From Nitrosopumilus sp. (GTDB lineage Archaea; Thermoproteota; Nitrososphaeria; Nitrososphaerales; Nitrosopumilaceae): a DNA stretch of 32,000 bases. The DNA lies in the NCBI GenBank assembly GCA_021268355.1, contig JAJETY010000003.1, positions 6,782 through 38,781 of the forward strand, written 5' to 3'. Below the pieces are notes generated by a model. That model saw nothing but the letters and a program-made list of their open reading frames with translations, was not told the DNA's origin and did no database searches. The position numbers and the translations under genes are program-made. Below are positions 24,003-32,000 of this stretch, one piece after another; the first letter of the stretch is position 1, and every line of letters starts with the position of its first letter.

Positions 24003-26164
24003 GTTTAGAACCTCAAGAATTATCAGAACTCAAATCCAAAATTGGAAGAGATCCAACCCCAACTGAATTGCAAATTGTCGCAGCAGAATGGTCTGAACAC
24101 TGTTCCTACAAATCCTCTAAACGACATCTCAAAATGTTGCCTATGAAAGGACCTTTGGTAATTACAGAGAAAGGTTATGATTCAGGTGTTTTAGACGTTG
24201 GCGATGGTTATGTGGTAACCGCTCACATTGAAAGTCATAACCATCCTTCAGCCGTAGAGCCATATGGTGGAGCTGCCACTGGCGTTGGTGGAGTGATTCG
24301 TGACATTCTTTCTGCTGGAACCCGACCAATTGCAATATTTGACGGATTAAGATTTGGAGATATTGAAAAAGATCAACAAGCTAGATGGCTATTCAAAAAT
24401 GCAGTTACTGGAATCGCTGATTACGGAAACTGTTTAGGAATTCCAACTATAGGTGGCGAAGTTGAATTTGATCAATGTTATGAAAATTATGCTTTGGTTG
24501 ATGTTGCGGCAGTAGGGTTTGGTAAAAAAGAGAATTTGATAAAAAATCATGCCAAAAAAGGAGATGTTGTTGTCTTAATGGGTGGTTCAACCGGTAGAGA
24601 TGGTATTGGAGGGTCTCAATTTGCATCTGATTCCTTGGAATCTGAAGATCGTTCTGCTGTTCAAATCCCTGACCCTTTTATTGAAAAATTAATCATAGAA
24701 GCAATTTTGGAAGCAAGAAATGCAAATCTTATTCATGCTATGAAAGATTTGGGTGGTGGTGGATTATCCTGTGCCATCTCTGAAACTGCCGATGCCTTGG
24801 AGATCGGAATTGAGATGGATGTTGACAAGGTACTCACTCGAGAATCAGACATGCACCCTGATGAAATTATGGTTTCTGAATCCCAAGAGAGAATGTTGAT
24901 TGTGACTAGTAAAACGAAATTTAAAAAATTACAAGATATATGTAAAAAATTTAGAATCGGTTGCTCTGTAATTGGAAATGTAAAATCAGATAATCAAATG
25001 CATGTAAAAAAAGGAAAAAAGACATTTGCAAATTTACCTACGAACGTTGTGGCAAACGCAACACTTCTTGACTTGCCATCTAAAGAGCCCTCTTATCTTA
25101 AAACAATTCAGAAAGAAAAGAAACTGAAAAAAATTTCCGACTATTCAAAAATTATGATGAAATTACTTTCATCTCCAAACATTGCAAGTAAGATTTGGGT
25201 TTACGGACAATATGATCATGAAGTTGGAATTAGAACCGTGGTGAAACCTGGAAGAGATGCATCTGTCTTAAGATTAGATAATGGAAAATTTCTATCAGTC
25301 AAGATTGATGGAAATCCAAAACAATGTTACATTAATCCTAGAGAGGGGGCAATTGGTTGCTTTGAAGAAGCCTGCAGAAATGTTGTTTGTACTGGCGCAA
25401 AACCTATTGGAATGCTAGATCATCTTCAATTTGGAAATCCAAAGGATCCTGAAATCTTTTGGACATTTTTGGAATCTCTAAGGGGATTAACAGATTTTGC
25501 AAAAGATTTTGAAATTCCTTGTGTTGGTGGAAAAGTTAGTCTGTATAATGAGACTCCTAAAGGTCCTATCAAACCTACTCCATTGATTGGCGTAATTGGG
25601 TTGATTGACAAACAACCTCAAATCCCACAAAAAATCTCAGATGATGATTGTCTGATAATTTTAGGTGAAACCAAAGATGAACTTGGTGGTTCAGAATATT
25701 ATGAATATATTCACAAATTTATTGGTGGCAATTGCCCAATAGTTGATTTTTCTGAATCAAAGAAAAACATGAAATCAGTTTTAGAAATAATTCCAAAAAA
25801 ACTTTTGAAATCTGTTCATGATTGCTCCAAAGGTGGCTTGGCAATTGCAATTTCTGAGCTGTCATTAAATAACCAAATTGGATGTAGCGTGGATTTGGAT
25901 AAAGTTCCAGGAAAAAAATTGGATGTTGATAGAATATTGTTTTCTGAAAGTCATTCTAGATATCTTTTAGCATTTGATAAAAAAAATCTCGTAAAAATTG
26001 AAAAAATTCTCAAAAAGAACAAAACATCATTTAGTATTATAGGTAAATTTGGGGGAGAAAAAATTCAATTCGTTATGGGGAAAAACTCCATTATAGATCT
26101 AAGAGTTGATAAAGCGCAAAAAACTTGGTTAAATTCGTTAAGGGACTTGGTGTTACATGGATAA
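23999..26164 (+). CDS. purL: FGAM synthase subunit PurL (small, archaeal/Gram-positive type)
   Basis: EWSEHCSYKSS, ESHNHPSAVEPYGGAATGVGG.IRD and the duplicated AIRS-type domains. The TTG start overlaps the purQ stop by 4 nt. Confidence 0.95.
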   Translation: MSLEPQELSELKSKIGRDPTPTELQIVAAEWSEHCSYKSSKRHLKMLPMKGPLVITEKGYDSGVLDVGDGYVVTAHIESHNHPSAVEPYGGAATGVGGVIRDILSAGTRPIAIFDGLRFGDIEKDQQARWLFKNAVTGIADYGNCLGIPTIGGEVEFDQCYENYALVDVAAVGFGKKENLIKNHAKKGDVVVLMGGSTGRDGIGGSQFASDSLESEDRSAVQIPDPFIEKLIIEAILEARNANLIHAMKDLGGGGLSCAISETADALEIGIEMDVDKVLTRESDMHPDEIMVSESQERMLIVTSKTKFKKLQDICKKFRIGCSVIGNVKSDNQMHVKKGKKTFANLPTNVVANATLLDLPSKEPSYLKTIQKEKKLKKISDYSKIMMKLLSSPNIASKIWVYGQYDHEVGIRTVVKPGRDASVLRLDNGKFLSVKIDGNPKQCYINPREGAIGCFEEACRNVVCTGAKPIGMLDHLQFGNPKDPEIFWTFLESLRGLTDFAKDFEIPCVGGKVSLYNETPKGPIKPTPLIGVIGLIDKQPQIPQKISDDDCLIILGETKDELGGSEYYEYIHKFIGGNCPIVDFSESKKNMKSVLEIIPKKLLKSVHDCSKGGLAIAISELSLNNQIGCSVDLDKVPGKKLDVDRILFSESHSRYLLAFDKKNLVKIEKILKKNKTSFSIIGKFGGEKIQFVMGKNSIIDLRVDKAQKTWLNSLRDLVLHG

Positions 26165-27626
26165 AACTCAGCATATTCTTGATGACAAACCAAAAGAAAA
26201 TTGTGGTGTTATTGGCATCTATAGTCTAAGTGGAACTAATGTAATTCCAATGGCAATTGATGCATTACGTGCTTTGCAACATCGTGGACAAGAAGCATGG
26301 GGTCTTGCAATTCCAAATAAACCTCCACTCAAAAGATTGGGTCTGGTATCTTCGGCTTCCTCCGAATTCAAATCAATTTCAGAAGAATATTCTTCTCCAT
26401 GTGTTATAGGTCATGTTCGTTATTCTACCATGGGAAGAAGCTCATTAGAAAATGCTCAACCGCTTAAAGTAAAGGATCTTTGTGTGGCACATAACGGAAC
26501 AATTGCCAATGTTCAAGAATTATCTAATTTGGTTGGTGGTTGCTCATTTACACCTCAAAACGCAAGTGATACTTTGGTTGCTGCTCAAAGACTAGTTTCA
26601 TTAATTTCTGAAAATGGACAGATGGGAAAGGCCTTGTCAGTCCTCAAAAATGAAATGGTTGGCTCTTATTGCTTTACTTTTATCTCTGATGATAATTCAG
26701 TTTATGCTGCACGTGATCCTAAGGGATTCCGTCCTATGGTTTTGGGTCATAAAGAGTCTGACGATACTTACATAGTGGCATCTGAATCATCTGCAATTTC
26801 TGCTGTTGGTGCCAAAATGCAGCGAAATGTAACTCCTGGTGAACTAATACGAATAAGTAAAGATGGGATTAATACTGAAATGTTTTCAGATGATTCAAAA
26901 CGGGCACATTGTTCTTTTGAATTCACATACTTTGCTCATCCAACAAGCAATATGGAGGGAACTAACATCTATGTTGCAAGAAAAAATATTGGAAGGTACC
27001 TTGCAAGAAAATTCCCAATCAAAGATGCTGATTTAGTTATCCCCGTACCTGATTCTGCAAGACCTGCAGCCTTGGGATATGCTCAAGAACTTGGTGTTTC
27101 GTTTGATGAGGGATTACTCAAAGATAGATATAGCAAAAAAGGACCATTGAGAAGTTTCATTGAACCTCACCAATCTGACAGAGTTGAAATTAATCGTTGG
27201 ATAATTCCAATTAGGGAAATTATTGATGGCAAACATGTTGTTGTAATAGATGATAGTCTAGTTAGAGGCACCAGTTCAAAAGCCATTATCAAAGCCCTGA
27301 GGAGAGCTGGTGCAAGAAAAATCAGCATGGTGATAACATATCCTCCAATAAAATTCCCTTGTTATGCTGGAATTGATTTTCCATCACAGGAGGAACTTGC
27401 AACATTTTCCAATGGAAAAGACATGTCTGATGAAGAGACAATAGATATGGTGAGAAAAAGTATTGGTGCTGACTTTTTAGGGTATAATGATGCTGAAAAT
27501 CTGGCAGCTGCGGTAGGAATTTCTGCCGATTCTATGTGCTTTACATGTTCTTCTGGCAACTATGATTCACTTGGAATCACTCCTGAATTCAAAAGTAGAG
27601 AAGAAATTAAAGGGGAGGCAAATTAA
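26157..27626 (+). CDS. purF: amidophosphoribosyltransferase PurF (propeptide plus Cys nucleophile; Cys pattern consistent with the Fe-S type)
   Basis: ENCGVIGIY (Ntn Cys), the PRTase motif VVVIDDSLVRGTS and C-terminal CFTCSSGNY. It overlaps the end of purL by 8 nt. Confidence 0.95.
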   Translation: MDKTQHILDDKPKENCGVIGIYSLSGTNVIPMAIDALRALQHRGQEAWGLAIPNKPPLKRLGLVSSASSEFKSISEEYSSPCVIGHVRYSTMGRSSLENAQPLKVKDLCVAHNGTIANVQELSNLVGGCSFTPQNASDTLVAAQRLVSLISENGQMGKALSVLKNEMVGSYCFTFISDDNSVYAARDPKGFRPMVLGHKESDDTYIVASESSAISAVGAKMQRNVTPGELIRISKDGINTEMFSDDSKRAHCSFEFTYFAHPTSNMEGTNIYVARKNIGRYLARKFPIKDADLVIPVPDSARPAALGYAQELGVSFDEGLLKDRYSKKGPLRSFIEPHQSDRVEINRWIIPIREIIDGKHVVVIDDSLVRGTSSKAIIKALRRAGARKISMVITYPPIKFPCYAGIDFPSQEELATFSNGKDMSDEETIDMVRKSIGADFLGYNDAENLAAAVGISADSMCFTCSSGNYDSLGITPEFKSREEIKGEAN

Positions 27627-27628
27627 AT

Positions 27629-27907
27629 ATGAAGGCAATTTGGAATGGTCAAGTTATCGCAGAAAGCGATGATACCGTTGTTGTTGAGGGAAATCACTAT
27701 TTTCCAATAGATTCAATCAAGAAAGAATATTTTCAAAAAACCGACATGACTAGTTTTTGCGGTTGGAAAGGAATGGCAAATTACTATTCTGTTACTGTAA
27801 ATGGGAAAACAAACAAAGATTGTGCATGGTACTATGCAGAACCAAATGATGCTGCTAAGAAAATTAAAGGCATGGTTGCATTTTGGAATGGCGTCCAAGT
27901 AAAGTAG
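27629..27907 (+). CDS. DUF427 domain protein
   Basis: KAIWNGQVIAESDDTVVVEGNHYFP..., CGWKGMANYY, AWYYAEP and VAFW match the DUF427 pattern. It starts 2 nt after the purF stop. Confidence 0.8.
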   Translation: MKAIWNGQVIAESDDTVVVEGNHYFPIDSIKKEYFQKTDMTSFCGWKGMANYYSVTVNGKTNKDCAWYYAEPNDAAKKIKGMVAFWNGVQVK

Positions 27908-27911
27908 CCAA

Positions 27912-27919
27912 TTTAAATA
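27912..27919 (+). promoter_or_regulatory. consensus TATA box tttaaata about 28 nt upstream of the GTG start at 27943
   Basis: Read directly. Confidence 0.4.
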
Positions 27920-27942
27920 ATATCTAAACTATACTGGATTTT

Positions 27943-28329
27943 GTGAAACAATACTCAATTCTTCTTTGCATTGGTGTTGGTGTTATCGTAACAATTGGCA
28001 TAATTTTTGGTGCAGATTTTGTCAAATTTTCTGTAACTACTCAAGATCATGCAATTTTTGTTGATCCTCTTTTAGATGAACAAGGGATGTTTACTATGGG
28101 TAGGGTCACAATTCAAAATATTGGGGCAAAACCAATTACTAATCTTCACATAAATTTTGGTGATGGCGACATATTAGATATTCAAACTCTTAAAGTGGGT
28201 CAAAAGATTATTGTCTCACCTCCGCCTGAAAATTCAATGGAATTTGTGATGATTAGTGCTGATAATGACATATTTGTAAACAAAGCTTATCGAGAAATGC
28301 CAAAAATGGTAGGTATGATGGGTTCTTAG
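27943..28329 (+). CDS. membrane-anchored hypothetical protein (128 aa)
   Basis: N-terminal TM segment (ILLCIGVGVIVTIGIIFG) and a beta-rich ectodomain. GTG start. Confidence 0.6.
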   Translation: MKQYSILLCIGVGVIVTIGIIFGADFVKFSVTTQDHAIFVDPLLDEQGMFTMGRVTIQNIGAKPITNLHINFGDGDILDIQTLKVGQKIIVSPPPENSMEFVMISADNDIFVNKAYREMPKMVGMMGS

Positions 28330-28362
28330 CAGTTAAATTCTCTAATTGCCCAGTAACATTAC

Positions 28363-29187
28363 TTGGAATTTCTCACTAGTGGAAAGGTAAAGGATCTATA
28401 TGATGTGGATGAAAATACATTGCTCTTCAAATTCAGTGATCGTGTTTCAGCTTATGATGTAAAATTCAAACAAGATATTCCTAGAAAAGGTGAGGTTCTC
28501 TGCAAATTTGCTGAATTTTGGTTCAATGAACTAGATGTTCCAAATCATTTTGTCAAACGTGAATCTCAAACAGAAATTCTTGTAAAGAAGATGAAGATGC
28601 TTCCAATAGAGTGCGTGGTTCGAGGCTATTTTTATGGTAGTTTGGTAAGTAGATGGAAAAAAGGTGAAGTCAAAATCCCTGATGGGACAGATACTACTTT
28701 GGCATCTAAACTTCCTGAACCAATTTTTGACCCGACAACAAAATCTGAGCATGATATTCCAATTGATAAATCAAAAGCAATTGAAATGAATTTGGTAACT
28801 GAAGATCAGTACAACTGGCTAGAAAAAACCTCCATTGAAATCTACAAAAAGATGGCCAAGATTGCTGATGATGTTGGTTTTATCTTGGCTGATTTGAAAT
28901 TAGAATTTGGAATCTTGGAAGGGCAAATAACATTGGGTGATTCAATTGGGCCTGATGAGTATCGTTTATGGCCAAAAGATTCCTTTGAAGTTGGCAAAAT
29001 TCAAGAAGCGTACGACAAACAACTTTTACGTGATTGGTTAACTGCAAACGGATACCAAAAACAATTTGATGATGCTCGTGATGCTGGAGAAGAACCAATT
29101 CCACCTGAAATTCCATCTGAGATTATTTCAAAAATGACCGAACGTTATGTTACTGCATACGAAAAAATTTCTGGCAAGTCTCTTTGA
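28363..29187 (+). CDS. purC: SAICAR synthase PurC
   Basis: GKVKDLYDV...[10 protein letters not shown] and LADLKLEFG are SAICAR synthetase motifs. TTG start. Confidence 0.93.
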   Translation: MEFLTSGKVKDLYDVDENTLLFKFSDRVSAYDVKFKQDIPRKGEVLCKFAEFWFNELDVPNHFVKRESQTEILVKKMKMLPIECVVRGYFYGSLVSRWKKGEVKIPDGTDTTLASKLPEPIFDPTTKSEHDIPIDKSKAIEMNLVTEDQYNWLEKTSIEIYKKMAKIADDVGFILADLKLEFGILEGQITLGDSIGPDEYRLWPKDSFEVGKIQEAYDKQLLRDWLTANGYQKQFDDARDAGEEPIPPEIPSEIISKMTERYVTAYEKISGKSL

Positions 29188-29397
29188 AATTATTTTTGTG
29201 CTTTATGTTGACTAAAGGTTAACTTTCAACTCGAATTGTATTTTTGAAAATTATGATATTTGTATCCTGATTACCTATTTTGAGACCTTTCCCTCCAGAT
29301 CATTGGTTTTTTGATGATTTACTAGAAATTTTGGACCGCTACAAGAATCGTTTATCCGTTACAATGTATTTTGTAGTGCTGTTACTTTTATTATCTT

Positions 29398-29419
29398 CAT
29401 TACGATAATTATTGTAATG
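29398..29419. promoter_or_regulatory. near-perfect 22-bp palindrome cattacgataat|tattgtaatg (10 of 11 pairs), flanked by direct gttacaat repeats
   Basis: Read directly. It lies about 117 nt upstream of the ArsR-family gene. Confidence 0.3.
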
Positions 29420-29535
29420 GTTACAATAAATTTAGTAGGGTTATCATATTTTTAGAAATGAAAAAAAAATGATGCGATTAGACAAAAAAATATGATACAA
29501 GGATCTTTTAGATCAGAATTGAAGGTAATCTCAGT

Positions 29536-30039
29536 ATGTCTACGTTATTAGAAAAGCCAATCAAAGTTAATCGTATTGTTACGACAAGTATTGAACACGC
29601 CCGAGCAATTGAAGACCCTGCACGTGCAAAAATTGTTGAAATTTTATATCATCAATCCTTATCTGCTGAACAGATTACAAACGCATTGAAAAAATCTGGT
29701 TTCAAAAAAGCACTGACCACAATCCGCCATCATTTAGAAATTCTAAAGGAGTCTGGGTTAATTGAAATTGTAAAAATCGAGGAATCTAGAGGAGCAATCA
29801 CTAAATTTTACAGCACTTCCACAAAACTACTTGATTTTCAAACCCCTGAAGATTTTGAATCTACGTATTCTAAACTCATAGACAACACTTCTACAAAAAT
29901 TGAGAAAATACTTCAAGGACTAACCCCAAAGACCAGAAAGACTAAAGGAAAGAAATCTGAAGAATATTCTCAATATTTGGTAATGGAAATAATGAATCGA
30001 GCTATGACTAATGTTTTAGAAAATTCTGGTAAAAAATAA
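29536..30039 (+). CDS. ArsR-family wHTH transcriptional regulator with a C-terminal extension
   Basis: RAIEDPARAKIVEILYHQSLSAEQITNAL...TIRHHLEILKESGLIEIVK is the ArsR/SmtB HTH pattern. Confidence 0.8.
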   Translation: MSTLLEKPIKVNRIVTTSIEHARAIEDPARAKIVEILYHQSLSAEQITNALKKSGFKKALTTIRHHLEILKESGLIEIVKIEESRGAITKFYSTSTKLLDFQTPEDFESTYSKLIDNTSTKIEKILQGLTPKTRKTKGKKSEEYSQYLVMEIMNRAMTNVLENSGKK

Positions 30040-30076
30040 TCGCTACATCTAAGTATTTCTTGAAAGAAATTCTTTC

Positions 30077-30397
30077 ATGGTTCGTGTGTTTTACACTCAG
30101 AAAACAGAAGATCTGATAGAAAAGATGACTCTTACAAATTGGCGTCAACATGTTCAAGAAGAACTAGGGCAACAACATCAGGATATGTCGGATAATTGGA
30201 AAATGTGTGCGATTGGAGAGAGAATAAAGATTGAAGGTAAAGATCTTGAATCAATTAAAGATCTTTCACCTGAAGCGATCAGATTAGGATATGAATTTTC
30301 AGTAGCAATGCAAGAAAAAGATAATGAAAAAGCACTAGAAATTATTACAAAAATTGAATTACTTCCAACGATTTGGAGGGATGAAGTAAATGGATGA
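30077..30397 (+). CDS. hypothetical protein (106 aa)
   Basis: ORF that overlaps the next gene by 8 nt, so the two are probably an operon. Confidence 0.6.
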   Translation: MVRVFYTQKTEDLIEKMTLTNWRQHVQEELGQQHQDMSDNWKMCAIGERIKIEGKDLESIKDLSPEAIRLGYEFSVAMQEKDNEKALEIITKIELLPTIWRDEVNG

Positions 30398-30794
30398 AAA
30401 AGCTAAAAAATTATTTTCTGAAAAAAATCTTGTTTTCATTGCTACTATAATGAAGGATGGCTCTCCACAAGTCTCACCTGTATGGGCAAATTATGAAGAT
30501 GGTTATGTCTTAGTTAATACTGCTGAGGGTCGAATCAAACACAAAAACATTTTACATGATCCTCGAGTTGCAGTATCTGTTGTTTCGAAAGATAATCCTC
30601 TTGACATGACAACTATTCGCGGTGTTGTTGAAGAATTAATTCCAGATTATGATTACAAACATGCCGATAAATTAACACAGCAATACATGGGACGTGACAG
30701 TTATCCATTCAAACGTGATGGTGAAAAAAGAATTATTCTTAAAATAAAACCTAACAAAGTTTTTGTTTTACCTGAATTGAAAATGTCAGAGTGA
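30390..30794 (+). CDS. pyridoxamine 5'-phosphate oxidase (PPOX) family / flavin- or F420-binding split-barrel protein
   Basis: LVFIATIMKDGSPQVSPVWANYEDGYVLVNTAEGRIKHKNILHDPRVAVSV is the PPOX class pattern. Confidence 0.8.
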   Translation: MDEKAKKLFSEKNLVFIATIMKDGSPQVSPVWANYEDGYVLVNTAEGRIKHKNILHDPRVAVSVVSKDNPLDMTTIRGVVEELIPDYDYKHADKLTQQYMGRDSYPFKRDGEKRIILKIKPNKVFVLPELKMSE

Positions 30795-30803
30795 AAATTT
30801 AGA

Positions 30804-30831
30804 ATGTTTCTAAATTCGAATTTAGAAACAT
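30804..30831. terminator. perfect 28-bp palindrome atgtttctaaattcgaatttagaaacat between convergent genes
   Basis: Every position was verified base by base. It begins 10 nt after the PPOX stop and could act as a bidirectional hairpin terminator or a protein-binding site. Confidence 0.45.
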
Positions 30832-30871
30832 AGTTAATTTAGGATTACAGAAAAAAGTTTGCCTAGACAGC

Positions 30872-31249
30872 TTAACGTCGACGTTTAGTAGCTGCCTTTC
30901 TCTTTGGAGCTGCCTTTCTTTTTGGAGCGGCTTTTCTCTTTGGAGCGGCTTTTTTTGCTGCAGTTTTTCTCTTTGGAGCTGCCTTTCTTTTTGGAGCGGC
31001 TTTTCTCTTTGGAGCTGCTTTTTTTGCTGCAGTTTTTCTCTTTGGAGCGGCACTACGTTTTGCGGCGGTTCTCCTTTTTGGAGCTGCTTTTTTTGCTGCA
31101 TTTCTTTTACGTGCTGCCTTTCTCTTACGAGATGCTGCTGCTGCTGCTGCCTCTGCTGCTTTTTTTGCTGCATTTCTTTTTCTTGTTTTTGCTGCTTTTT
31201 TAGCTGCTTCGGCTCTTTTGGCTCTTGACATTGCCATGATTTTTTTCAA
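30872..31249 (-). CDS. Lys/Ala/Pro-repeat highly basic protein (histone H1 C-terminal-tail-like / AlgP-like), putative nucleoid-associated
   Basis: The sequence is ...AAKKAAPKRKAAPKRKAAPKRKTAAKKAAPKRK..., with 23-aa repeats. The probable true start is the ATG at 31237 (MAMSRAK), with a TATA-like ccatataac about 28 nt upstream. The other two frames are repeat artefacts. Confidence 0.7.
   Translation of the reverse strand: MKKIMAMSRAKRAEAAKKAAKTRKRNAAKKAAEAAAAAASRKRKAARKRNAAKKAAPKRRTAAKRSAAPKRKTAAKKAAPKRKAAPKRKAAPKRKTAAKKAAPKRKAAPKRKAAPKRKAATKRRR
30901..31050. repeat. 69-bp tandem repeat, 2.2 copies (copies 1 and 2 differ at 1 of 69 positions)
   Basis: Units at 30901-30969 and 30970-31038 were compared directly. 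A partial third copy follows. Confidence 0.9.
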
Positions 31250-31339
31250 AAATAATGTGTGTTATATGGTAAAAGTCACACAAAATTGTTTAAACTATAG
31301 TAAAATTTGACAATTATTTTTGATTTAATGTAATAGCGA

Positions 31340-31891
31340 TCAACAATTTGTTATGCAAACTACAGCTGTATCTACTGTTGATTGTTCTTTTTGAGGTCTA
31401 ATGATTATTTTGTAACTTTTTTCTTCATCAAATGGAATATCAAACTGTGTTGTTTTTTCAACTATTTTGTTTGGTTCCAACCATTCTAAAAGCAGATCTT
31501 TTGATGAAAATTCCCCATAAACTGCCTCATGTTTTTGCTCTTTTTCATCTACCATGTAGAATTGCCCTCCTGAAAGTAGGGTTTTCTCCTCATTTCCTAT
31601 GTATTTTGCAGTTATTCCGACCATGACAAAGGTATTTTCAGGTTTAGTATCCTTGTCACCTTCATGTGTTCCTTCAAATGTGATGGTGTACTCTACAGGT
31701 CCTACTGTGACTATTTCCCCTGCATTTGATTCGATGAAATTAGTCTGATATTGTGTATACATATACATCGCCGCTGCCATAGATGCGATTATTACTCCAA
31801 TTACTATGACTGCGCCTAGTCCTGCCACAAAAACATCACAGGTTTTTGGTATATAGTTGCATAGTTTAAGAACATCTTGACAAAATTTCAA
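31340..31891 (-). CDS. membrane-anchored DUF4352-like (Ig-like beta-sandwich) protein
   Basis: An N-terminal TM segment (VFVAGLGAVIVIGVIIASMAAAMYMY) is followed by ...FVMVGITAKYIGNEEKTLLSGGQFYMVDEKEQKHE..., the DUF4352 pattern. TTG start. Confidence 0.6.
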   Translation of the reverse strand: MKFCQDVLKLCNYIPKTCDVFVAGLGAVIVIGVIIASMAAAMYMYTQYQTNFIESNAGEIVTVGPVEYTITFEGTHEGDKDTKPENTFVMVGITAKYIGNEEKTLLSGGQFYMVDEKEQKHEAVYGEFSSKDLLLEWLEPNKIVEKTTQFDIPFDEEKSYKIIIRPQKEQSTVDTAVVCITNC

Positions 31892-32000
31892 AAATCAGAA
31901 AAATGAAAACAATCTCTAAACCAAATATGTGAAAATCTGTCTAACCATTTACCCTGATTTTTCTCTAATTTTCAACTGTGGTGTTGGTCTTTTTTGGGAA

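Noticed and set aside
19455-29116. Short antisense ORFs inside ubiX, purL, purF, DUF427 and purC (19455-19667, 25426-25611, 27362-27559, 27713-27898, 28531-28752, 28880-29116). Also 21244-21456 and 22420-22656, each partly overlapping a hypothetical or purS ORF
   Set aside because: All of them overlap, or lie antisense within, genes with stronger coding signal, and none has independent support.
30799-31203. Alternative frames over the Lys/Ala-repeat gene (a Q/K/L-rich 124-aa minus-strand ORF and an L/F-rich 99-aa plus-strand ORF)
   Set aside because: They are open only because the repeat lacks stop codons in all frames. Their compositions (QQKKQLQREK repeats and LFLL repeats) do not resemble any protein class I know, and they lack a plausible promoter or start. 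They are kept as a caveat in the finding.
1-32000. Search by eye for tRNA (GGTTCGAATCC-type T-arms), rRNA, CRISPR arrays, integrase/transposase genes and family-B polymerase motifs
   Set aside because: I found none. tRNAscan-SE, Infernal, or a profile search on short pseudogene fragments could still reveal something I missed.

Overview
AT-rich archaeal chromosome segment. Archaeal markers (aEF-2, PurP), TATA boxes about 25 nt upstream of start codons, frequent TTG/GTG starts and tight gene packing suggest a Nitrosopumilus-like ammonia-oxidising thaumarchaeon; this taxon call is inference only. Layout: (1) 5'-truncated aEF-2 (3-2000). (2) An accessory island of about 10.7 kb (2001-12670). It opens 108 nt after the aEF-2 stop with a truncated Cas1/casposase-like gene. 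It also carries an unlisted small RHH gene, a 692-aa secreted pentapeptide-repeat protein, two wHTH regulators of similar architecture, a coiled-coil protein with a microsatellite tail, an O-methyltransferase, an orphan DUF5615 PIN-like gene and many small ORFans. (3) Core genome: a CBS-TrkH K+ transporter, a bifunctional nuclease, purP, ubiX, tatA/tatC, purS, purQ-purL-purF-DUF427, purC, an ArsR regulator, a PPOX-family protein, a Lys/Ala-repeat basic protein and a DUF4352-like protein. I found no tRNA, rRNA or CRISPR array. The best leads are the fossil casposon at the aEF-2 3' flank, the surrounding MGE-like island, a candidate structured ncRNA (17730-17868) with its own TATA box and oligo-T tail, and the GC-rich histone-H1-tail-like repeat protein. 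All homology calls come from reading motifs by eye, since no searches could be run.
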